Sequence record: OQ633420.1
Source of the DNA: Pseudomonas phage PotUPM1
Strand: one strand, 5' to 3'
DNA: 32,000 nucleotides
How positions within the stretch are numbered: the first letter of the stretch is position 1; each line of letters starts with the position of its first letter. A program made the position numbers and the translations under genes. Positions 26,055 to 32,000 of the stretch are shown here, in pieces. The notes below the pieces were generated by a model. That model had not been told where the DNA came from. It saw only the letters and a program-made list of their open reading frames with translations, and did not search any database.

Positions 26055-26369
26055 TCAGTCTCCAACCCATGCGCCGCTGCGTTTCCCGTAGTCGGCGCCT
26101 GGTCCGCCTTTCTCGTAGTTCTTCTCGTCGTACTGCTTCAGCAGCCGATTCGCTCTGTTCAGCCTCAAGCGCAGTTGCTTGACCATTTCCTCAGGCGCCA
26201 GCGCCTCGCCCGTCTCCCTATGCACCAGGCCTGCGCCATGGCAGGCCGCGCACGGCATGTCGTGAAACACGCCCTTGATCACCCCCTCGCCCTGGCAGAT
26301 TTCGCACCGGCCCAGGGGAATCACCGCGATCTTCCTGTCAGGTCCGTGCCGTTTCGGGATCATGGCCAT
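26055..26369 (-). CDS. DnaJ-type zinc-finger small protein
   Basis: CEICQGEGVIKG...CAACHGAGLV. Confidence 0.65.
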   Translation of the reverse strand: MAMIPKRHGPDRKIAVIPLGRCEICQGEGVIKGVFHDMPCAACHGAGLVHRETGEALAPEEMVKQLRLRLNRANRLLKQYDEKNYEKGGPGADYGKRSGAWVGD

Positions 26370-26710
26370 CAGAATTCCTCGAAGTCCCAGCCGCCGCCCT
26401 TGGCCTTCTTCACCCCAAGGAATCGGAAGGGGTACTGGTCGGCCGCCACCTTGGTCTTCACCCTGGCGTCGTCCGTCCAGAAGCCTTTCACCTCGTGGGC
26501 CTCAAGCAGGCCGGCGGCGGTCATCACGAAGAAGTCGGCGGTGTAGAAGGTGTTGTCGGCCAGCCGCAGCTTCACCCCCTCGAACCGGTACCAGAGCACC
26601 TCACCGGCCTGCTGGCGCATCTGCAGGTGCTGCTCGTAGGCCGCCTCGGTCTTGTTCATCGCCCCGGTCTTGAGGCGTCCCAGCGCCTGCAGCCTCGCCT
26701 TAGCGCGCAT
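26369..26710 (-). CDS. DUF1064-like (putative PD-(D/E)XK) phage nuclease
   Basis: MRAKARLQALGRLKTGAMNKTEAAYEQHL...FRFEGVKLRLADNTFYTADFFVMTAAGLLEAHEVKG. Confidence 0.7.
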   Translation of the reverse strand: MRAKARLQALGRLKTGAMNKTEAAYEQHLQMRQQAGEVLWYRFEGVKLRLADNTFYTADFFVMTAAGLLEAHEVKGFWTDDARVKTKVAADQYPFRFLGVKKAKGGGWDFEEF

Positions 26711-27002
26711 CGGGCGCCCTCCTCTGCTCACGCTCCGCCCAGGCCGCCGCGCCGACTGCGCTGGGCAGCCAGCACAGCACGGTGCCGGCAGGGTTGATGA
26801 GCCGGTACCGCCAGACGCGGAACCCATCCTGATCGCCAAGCTGCGCCTCGATGGCCCAGCCGTCGGCGAGTTGCACGCGGTGGTCGTTCACCTTCCGCCA
26901 GCCGCGTTCGGCCAGCTCGGGAAACGACATCCGCAGGGTGGTGCTGTAGCCGTCCGGGTGGCGGCGGTGCGAGCGCGCCAGGTTACGCATGCCCCGTCTC
27001 AT
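26700..27002 (-). CDS. Hypothetical phage protein
   Basis: Stop and start overlap neighbours. MRRGMRNLARSHRRHPDGYSTTLRMSFPELAERGW... Confidence 0.5.
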   Translation of the reverse strand: MRRGMRNLARSHRRHPDGYSTTLRMSFPELAERGWRKVNDHRVQLADGWAIEAQLGDQDGFRVWRYRLINPAGTVLCWLPSAVGAAAWAEREQRRAPDAR

Positions 27003-27358
27003 GCCATCACCTCCGGGCCATCCAGCCAGGCCAGGAAGCCGGCGGGGATGACATGCTTGTCCGTGGCCAAGATCTTGGCGCACTCCGCCAGGAGGTCCGC
27101 CTCGGTGCCGTAGCGCGCTACGAACCGCGCCTTGTTGTGATGTAGCGCGACACCCTCGCCACCGGTCTGGTGGTGCGGGCCGCACAGGGGCAGCACGTAC
27201 CAGTGCGCGTGCCTCTTCGTCCGGCCGTCCACGTGGTGGATGCTGCAGTACGTGTTCACGCCTCGGCCATCGTGGCGGCAGGCGATGCACCCCACCCCGT
27301 TCACCAGCAGGTCGTGCCAGCGGCGTTGCTCGGCGGTTACCGTCCTTCCCTGCATCAT
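26999..27358 (-). CDS. Ref-family recombination-enhancement nuclease-like protein
   Basis: CIACRHDGRGVNTYCSIHHVDGRTKRHAHWYVLPLCGPHHQTGGEG...KARFVARYGTEADLLA. Confidence 0.75.
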   Translation of the reverse strand: MMQGRTVTAEQRRWHDLLVNGVGCIACRHDGRGVNTYCSIHHVDGRTKRHAHWYVLPLCGPHHQTGGEGVALHHNKARFVARYGTEADLLAECAKILATDKHVIPAGFLAWLDGPEVMA

Positions 27359-27591
27359 GCCGACACCTCCTTGGCCATCTGCTGCTCAAGCTCGGCGATA
27401 CGCGCAGCCAGGCCCGCGTTTTCGTCGAGGAGGGACAGGACCGCCCTGCCATCAGCCAGCTCCTGCCAAACCTCGTCAATCGCACTGAACTCGAGGAAAT
27501 CGTCGTCATCGTCGGTGGCGTCGACCTTGTCCTTTGCGGCTATCCAATCCAGCGCCAGCTGGCGCAGCTTTTCCTTGTCGACCTCAGCCAT
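27355..27591 (-). CDS. Hypothetical phage protein (coiled-coil C-terminus)
   Basis: Overlapping start/stop with neighbours. Confidence 0.5.
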   Translation of the reverse strand: MAEVDKEKLRQLALDWIAAKDKVDATDDDDDFLEFSAIDEVWQELADGRAVLSLLDENAGLAARIAELEQQMAKEVSA

Positions 27592-27799
27592 GACGAACCT
27601 CCTGCGCTTCCTTGTGGGCCTGGATCAGCCCGGGGATGTCCTCGCTCCGGTCGGTGTAGGCGAACGGCGCGCTTCCGCTCGGGGCGGTCACGGTGTAGCG
27701 GTTGTTCGGCAGGCGGCACAGGGCCACCGTGTAGCCGCACGGGGTTTCCCAGCAGCTGGGGGCGCCACGCTTGGCGCGCCAGCGCAGTTGATCAGTCAC
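27584..27799 (-). CDS. Hypothetical phage protein
   Basis: In-operon ORF overlapping both neighbours. Confidence 0.5.
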   Translation of the reverse strand: MTDQLRWRAKRGAPSCWETPCGYTVALCRLPNNRYTVTAPSGSAPFAYTDRSEDIPGLIQAHKEAQEVRHG

Positions 27800-28571
27800 G
27801 TTTCGCTCCTTTGGCCTGTGCCATCAGTTGCACGCGGCGGGCTTTGAGGTTTTCGCCGTAGTGAGCAAGTTCGGCGCGGCGGGCGGCGGCGCGGTCTCGC
27901 TTCTGTTGCTCCAGCCCCTCCTTCAGGGCGATGAGGCGCTGGCGGATCTCCGGGGACGGGGCAGCGGTTCGGCCAGTCAGCAGGCCAGCGATGGCGGCAC
28001 CGTCCTGGGAGACGGGGACGCCCTGCTCACGAAGGTCCGCCAGCAGTTGCTGCCCCACCGGGGCCGGCAGGCGCTGCAGCAGCACGGCCTGCTCGACGGC
28101 GGCGGCGCGGCGCTGGGGGTCGTAGCCGATGGAGAGCTGCCAGTTGGCGGGCTTGCCTTCGCGGCGGGCGGCCTCCAGCAGGCGGTCGTAGGCCGACAGG
28201 AACGACATGCGAGCCCCCACCTTGTCGCGGGCCTCCAGGCTCGGCCGGGCGGCCTGCAGCGCTGCGAGGATCTCGTCCGTCAGCATCACCGACTCGAACT
28301 CATCGGATGCGGCCAGGGCGATGGACCAGGCCTCATCACGGGCCGGGCGTCCGTCGGCGGCCTGCACACGCTGCAGGATGGCGGCGAGGGTCAGCTTGCC
28401 GGTCAGCTCCCGGCGGCAGGCCTGCAGTGCATCGACCAGCACCGGCTCCGGGTAGCCCTTCAGGTCGTCCACCATCAGCAGCGCGGCGCCCTGGGTCAGC
28501 TCATGGCCCATGGCCTCGGCAGTGGCGAACAGCGATACCAGCAGGCGGTCTTCCTGGTCAGGCGTCAGCAT
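27792..28571 (-). CDS. Phage replication-associated protein (P/loader position)
   Basis: ALQACRRELTGKLTLAAILQRVQAADGRPARDEAW... immediately downstream of the O-like initiator. Confidence 0.6.
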   Translation of the reverse strand: MLTPDQEDRLLVSLFATAEAMGHELTQGAALLMVDDLKGYPEPVLVDALQACRRELTGKLTLAAILQRVQAADGRPARDEAWSIALAASDEFESVMLTDEILAALQAARPSLEARDKVGARMSFLSAYDRLLEAARREGKPANWQLSIGYDPQRRAAAVEQAVLLQRLPAPVGQQLLADLREQGVPVSQDGAAIAGLLTGRTAAPSPEIRQRLIALKEGLEQQKRDRAAARRAELAHYGENLKARRVQLMAQAKGAKRD

Positions 28572-29436
28572 GGGCACCCCTCCTCTCGCGCTGGGCCTTC
28601 AGGGCAGCCTGGGCGGCGCTCAGGTTCGCCTGGGTCTTCTCCGCCTGGATGGCGGTGCGGCCGTTGACCTGCGTCTGGGTAGCCCAGGCCGTGCGGTAGC
28701 CCTCGGCCTTGGCCAGCAGCAGGCCGAACTCGTGGTAGCTGCGGAGCAGGTAGGCGTCCTCGATCCCGACGAAGTACGCCGCCACCTGCGGGCCCTCCTC
28801 GGCGCCGAGGCGCTTGAGCAGGTCCCCCACCTGGGCGTTGACCTTGGCGTTGCGAACAGGCCGAGCGCCGTAGCGGGCCTCGTAGGCCGCCGAGTAGGCC
28901 TGCCAGATCGCCCGGCAGGATTCCTGGCGAGCCAGCTCCGCTTCCTGGCTCTGCGCCTTGGTCGGCCGCTTGCCCTTCGACGGGGCGGCCGGAACGGTCG
29001 GCAAAGAGGATTGCGGTTCTGCTGACGGTTCCTTGTTGGTTCTATTACGGTTCTGGGTGCAGCTGCTGCGGGGGTGGGGTGCAGCATTTGCGGGGGTGGG
29101 GTGCACCTGCTGCGGGGGTGACCCCGCAGCATCTGCGGGGGTGCATTTGCTGCGGGGGTGCAGCTCCTGCGGGGGTGCATATGCTTCGGGGGTCACCGTG
29201 TACACGGTGGAGCGCCCGGTGCGGTCGCTGGTGGCCAGCGCACCCGCCGCGCACAGCCACTTGATAGCGCCCTGCACCGCCCGCTCGGACAGGCAGGTGC
29301 GCAGCGAGATGTTCGACACCGACGGCCAGCACACCCCCTCGTCGTTGGCGTTGTCCGCCAGGCTGATCAGCACCGCCTTCTGGGTTGCGGTCATCCCCTG
29401 CAGCGGCCAGCAGGCCGACATGATCACGGTACTCAC
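28558..29436 (-). CDS. Replication initiator, O-like, winged-helix N-terminus
   Basis: LTATQKAVLISLADNANDEGVCWPSVSNISLRTCLSERAVQGAIKWLCAAGAL (the first residues read GMTATQKAV in the ORF). Contains iterons. Confidence 0.8.
   Translation of the reverse strand: MSTVIMSACWPLQGMTATQKAVLISLADNANDEGVCWPSVSNISLRTCLSERAVQGAIKWLCAAGALATSDRTGRSTVYTVTPEAYAPPQELHPRSKCTPADAAGSPPQQVHPTPANAAPHPRSSCTQNRNRTNKEPSAEPQSSLPTVPAAPSKGKRPTKAQSQEAELARQESCRAIWQAYSAAYEARYGARPVRNAKVNAQVGDLLKRLGAEEGPQVAAYFVGIEDAYLLRSYHEFGLLLAKAEGYRTAWATQTQVNGRTAIQAEKTQANLSAAQAALKAQRERRGAHADA
29058..29194. repeat. Seven iterons, 19-bp consensus TGCANCTNCTGCGGGGGTG; candidate phage origin
   Basis: Copies start at 29058, 29080, 29102, 29125, 29142, 29159, 29176. 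Confidence 0.85.
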
Positions 29437-30041
29437 GGCACGGCCCTCAGCGCAGGCTGCTCGCTGGCCAGCACACGCTCCGCCGCCCGGCGCAGCTCAC
29501 TGCAGCGGCTCTCCGCCGCGCGCAGCGTGTCGATCATGGTGGGCAGCAGCGGCACGTCGTTGGCGTCGATCCGCCCATCAGCCAGCACCTGGCCGCAGGC
29601 CTCAACGGTGGAACCCATGCGGGTCACCAGTTGGCCGAACGCAGTCACGGGGCAGGCATCGCCACCCAGCTCACGCACCGCCAGCAGCCCGTAACGGCTG
29701 GCCAGCTCCTGCAGGCAGCGCTCGCGGTATTCGGGCTCAAGCGCTTCAACCCAGGCCTCTTCCAGCCAGGCCGGGAAGTCCACCTCGGCGGCCAGCCAGC
29801 GCTGCACGCGCTTCAGCCAGGAGTTGGCGGCCTTCATGTACTCAGCGGCGCCGATGCTGGTGTCGCTCAGATCCGGCACCTTGCGGGCCTCGGCCTGGTC
29901 GCCCAGGGTCTGCAGCAGAAGGGTGTTCAGCGCATGTGCGAAGTGGTCGGTCGAGAACGACGTGCGTGCGATCTGCTCCTGGGCGTGCGCAATCAGCACC
30001 TGGTCCCGGCTGCAGTTCTGTCGCGGTTTGGACAGTGTCAT
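29433..30041 (-). CDS. Early regulatory-region hypothetical protein
   Basis: 202 aa ORF between the Cro-like and initiator genes. Confidence 0.55.
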   Translation of the reverse strand: MTLSKPRQNCSRDQVLIAHAQEQIARTSFSTDHFAHALNTLLLQTLGDQAEARKVPDLSDTSIGAAEYMKAANSWLKRVQRWLAAEVDFPAWLEEAWVEALEPEYRERCLQELASRYGLLAVRELGGDACPVTAFGQLVTRMGSTVEACGQVLADGRIDANDVPLLPTMIDTLRAAESRCSELRRAAERVLASEQPALRAVP

Positions 30042-30075
30042 CTTGATCTCCTGGCCCTATCGTGGAGCCATGGAA

Positions 30076-30327
30076 TTACTGGTGCGATTCGATGGGCTGG
30101 GCCTGCAGGACTTTGCGGGCCAGCTCCAGCAGGTCAGGGCGAAGGCCGGCGATGGTGATCTCGCCCTTGGAGGCCTCTTGCAGGCGCTCAGCAAGATCAG
30201 CGGATGCCTTACGGTGGCCGCCGGCAAGCTGCCAGAGGTGCCCTACCGTGGTTCCCGCCTGCTTGGCGACCGACTCTCGAACTTGCGCCGGCGCCTTCGC
30301 GAGCCAGTCGCGGAGATGGTCATTCAT
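30076..30327 (-). CDS. Cro-like DNA-binding protein
   Basis: VRESVAKQAGTTVGHLWQLAGGHRKASADLAERLQEASKG (HTH). Divergent from the CI-like gene across operators. Confidence 0.75.
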   Translation of the reverse strand: MNDHLRDWLAKAPAQVRESVAKQAGTTVGHLWQLAGGHRKASADLAERLQEASKGEITIAGLRPDLLELARKVLQAQPIESHQ

Positions 30328-30357
30328 GAAGGGATTCCTCCTGTCTCAGATGGAGGA

Positions 30358-30386
30358 AATTTAGCCCAGAGCTAATTTATCAGCAA
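30358..30386 (-). promoter_or_regulatory. Leftward early promoter upstream of the cro-like gene, overlapped by operator 30360-30376
   Basis: Minus strand TTGCTG-N17-TAAATT. Operator TTTAGCCCAGAGCTAAT. Confidence 0.7.
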
Positions 30387-30408
30387 GGCATATTTAGCTG
30401 CGCGCACA

Positions 30409-30425
30409 TTTAGCACAGCGCTAAA
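30409..30425. promoter_or_regulatory. Repressor operator TTTAGCACAGCGCTAAA
   Basis: Palindromic TTTAGC-N5-GCTAAA, same family as the other sites. Confidence 0.7.
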
Positions 30426-30443
30426 GGATGGCAACATCGCGAA

Positions 30444-30938
30444 ATGGACATCTACGCAATCCGCAAACAGAACCTCATCGCCCTAATCGGCACCCGCCGC
30501 AAGAACGCGTGCGCGCAGAAGTGGGAGATGTCGGCCGCCCATCTCAGCCAGATCCTTTCCGACAAAACCGAGAAGAATCTCGGGGACGACGTGGCCCGCC
30601 GCATCGAAACCCTGGAAGGGCTTGAGCGGGGCTGGCTGGATCAATTGCGGGACGTTTCGACCGCTCCCCTCGATGAAGGCCAGAGTTCGGCTACTCCGCA
30701 GTCAGCCGCCGACATCGTGCGGGCCATGCTCGAAACCAAGGCCGGAAAATCGATCTCGCCCGAGGCGCGCGAGCGCCTGCTGCTGGCCGCAATCGAGACG
30801 GGCGATCAGCAGCAGGCTGAGCTCTACAGAAGGCGCCTGCGGTGGTCGGAATTTCGCACCTGCAGCACATGCCGCTGCCGTTTCGCACTTCGAGAGGACT
30901 GTGCCAGGTGTAGCGGCATGGGCCTGGTGCGCCAATAG
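30444..30938 (+). CDS. CI-like repressor (XRE HTH) without an S24 peptidase domain, Cys-rich C-terminus
   Basis: RRKNACAQKWEMSAAHLSQILSDKTEKNLGDDVARRIETLEGLERGWLD. C-terminus CSTCRCRFALREDCARCSGMGLV. Confidence 0.7.
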   Translation: MDIYAIRKQNLIALIGTRRKNACAQKWEMSAAHLSQILSDKTEKNLGDDVARRIETLEGLERGWLDQLRDVSTAPLDEGQSSATPQSAADIVRAMLETKAGKSISPEARERLLLAAIETGDQQQAELYRRRLRWSEFRTCSTCRCRFALREDCARCSGMGLVRQ

Positions 30939-30939
30939 G

Positions 30940-31254
30940 TCAGAACGCGGCGGGCTCCTCGTCCAGCGCCACCAGGTCCTCTCCCCTCTCCACCTGCAGC
31001 ACCTCCTCCCCGTCCGGCTCCCAGCGCAGCGTCACCGTGCCGTCGTCGTTGAACGTCATGTCGATGCCCGGCTCCTCGGCCAGCAGCTCCATCACCCCAT
31101 CCCACGCCTCGTCCGTATCCGTGTCCAGCCGGTGAATCGTCACGCAGCGCTCCAGCTGCGACTTGGGCGCGTTGATCATCGCCGACACCCTCAGGCCCAG
31201 CCTCTCCAGGCTGGTGAGTTCGCGGCGTTCGGGTTGGGTCTTCTGCTTGGCCAT
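30940..31254 (-). CDS. DUF1654-like small protein
   Basis: ELTSLERLGLRVSAMINAPKSQLERCVTIHRLDTDTDEAWDGVMELLAEEPGIDMTFNDDGTVTLRW matches the family pattern I recall. AAAGGAGG RBS. Confidence 0.7.
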   Translation of the reverse strand: MAKQKTQPERRELTSLERLGLRVSAMINAPKSQLERCVTIHRLDTDTDEAWDGVMELLAEEPGIDMTFNDDGTVTLRWEPDGEEVLQVERGEDLVALDEEPAAF

Positions 31255-31271
31255 CGTGGCTGCCTCCTTTG

Positions 31272-31287
31272 CTGTATATCCATACAG
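31272..31287. promoter_or_regulatory. LexA (SOS) box
   Basis: CTGTATATCCATACAG = CTG-N10-CAG, AT-rich core, near the canonical TACTGTATATATATACAGTA. Confidence 0.85.
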
Positions 31288-31313
31288 TACTAGCTGTTTG
31301 CTAAACGCATCAA
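31284..31313 (-). promoter_or_regulatory. Candidate promoter of the DUF1654-like gene
   Basis: Minus strand TTGATG-N18-TACTGT. The -10 overlaps the LexA box, and an operator-like site (31289-31305) lies in the spacer. Confidence 0.55.
31289..31305. promoter_or_regulatory. Operator-like site ACTAGCTGTTTGCTAAA
   Basis: Match to TTTAGC-N5-GCTAAA at 10 of 12 defined positions. Confidence 0.5.
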
Positions 31314-31345
31314 TAGGCCACTAGTCGCGTGCGCAAAGAAAAAAA

Positions 31346-31362
31346 TTTAGCTCGGAGCTATT
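31346..31362. promoter_or_regulatory. Operator-like site TTTAGCTCGGAGCTATT
   Basis: Match to TTTAGC-N5-GCTAAA at 10 of 12 defined positions. Confidence 0.6.
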
Positions 31363-31389
31363 GCCAAAGATTTAGCCCATGGCTAAATT
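31361..31389 (+). promoter_or_regulatory. Rightward early promoter overlapped by operator 31371-31387
   Basis: TTGCCA-N17-TAAATT. Operator TTTAGCCCATGGCTAAA is a perfect match to TTTAGC-N5-GCTAAA. Confidence 0.7.
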
Positions 31390-31807
31390 TAGCTCACGCC
31401 AGCAGAACACCGCCGGCACACAAGCCGGGGGCTCGCCGGCTACCACGGACCGAGGGAAGTCGGTTCCAGGCCCCGAGAGGGATCGACCTGCTCCATACAG
31501 GAGAGCTCTTTGACCGATGACCAGGGCCGCAAGGCCCTGGCTGCATCGGTGGGTGATCTGCGGCGTGGAAAGCAGACACGCAGCGCAACGTAGCTCCGAG
31601 CGCACCTGAACAACCGGAGGCCGTAGCGTCCCAAGGCCGGCACAAGGCTTGGGTGAAATGAGGAATTGGCGGAGTAACGCGGATACGGACGCGCCGCAGA
31701 GAGAAAGGCGATGTCGGCCTTTGAGGATTGCCGGAGTAGCGCCCGGCCAGATCACCCAACCCATGCAGCCACACCACAGCCCGATAGGGCAGAACGGAGG
31801 AAAGGAC

Positions 31808-31990
31808 ATGAAATCGCTGATCTGGAAACTGCGTTACGCAGTGTATTTCTACCGTCGAATTGGTGGCTGCCGTTTGAGTGACTGGCGCCTTTCTTGGCAG
31901 TCGGCCTGCATCAGCTGGGATGAACTTGACGGCCACCAGTACCACCCACACGACAGCGCCGATGAAGAACTGAGCCACTGGTGCGATTAA
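31808..31990 (+). CDS. Small early phage protein
   Basis: cggagg RBS. MKSLIWKLRYAVYFYRRIGGCRLSDWRLSWQSACISWDELDGHQYHPHDSADEELSHWCD. Confidence 0.65.
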   Translation: MKSLIWKLRYAVYFYRRIGGCRLSDWRLSWQSACISWDELDGHQYHPHDSADEELSHWCD

Positions 31991-32000
31991 CCCGACGCTC

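Noticed and set aside
29058-29194. CRISPR-like array
   Set aside because: Units are 17-23 bp apart with no true spacers, and lie inside a coding gene. They fit iterons better.
30428-30625. + strand ORF starting at ATG 30428 (MATSRNGHLRNPQ...)
   Set aside because: Out of frame with the HTH protein and without domain resemblance. The CI-like frame at 30444 is preferred, though its RBS is weak.
31394-31978. 194-aa minus ORF
   Set aside because: Runs against the rightward promoter, has no family resemblance, and overlaps a better-supported + strand gene with an RBS at 31808.

Overview
This 32 kb high-GC window is most of a temperate siphovirus with an HK97/D3-like layout, probably from a Pseudomonas host. 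The host assignment comes from protein and tRNA-Val similarity I recall, not from a search. From left to right: the 3' part of an orphan C5-cytosine methyltransferase; an excisionase-like gene and a tyrosine integrase; an attP-like site carrying the 3' half of tRNA-Val(GAC) with IHF sites; then leftward late genes (spanins, GH19 endolysin, tail fibre/tip proteins, tape measure, frameshifted tail chaperone, a membrane-protein moron, tail tube, connectors, major capsid, protease, portal, TerL, TerS, HNH, holin-like proteins); a Q-like antiterminator with an evident late promoter; replication genes containing seven iterons; and a Cro-like/CI-like immunity region. The strongest new signals are: (1) a near-canonical LexA/SOS box (CTGTATATCCATACAG) overlapping the promoter of a small DUF1654-like gene that also carries an operator of the phage's own TTTAGC-N5-GCTAAA family, beside a CI-like repressor with no S24 autoprotease domain, which suggests LexA-controlled induction or anti-repression; (2) a late promoter TTGACT-N17-TAGAGT containing a perfect 14-bp palindrome, followed by tandem terminators; (3) an unannotated -1 frameshift (T TTT TTC) in the tail chaperone; (4) seven 19-bp iterons inside the replication-initiator gene; (5) an attP with IHF sites and arm-type repeats. 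Everything was read by eye. No database search or folding computation was run.
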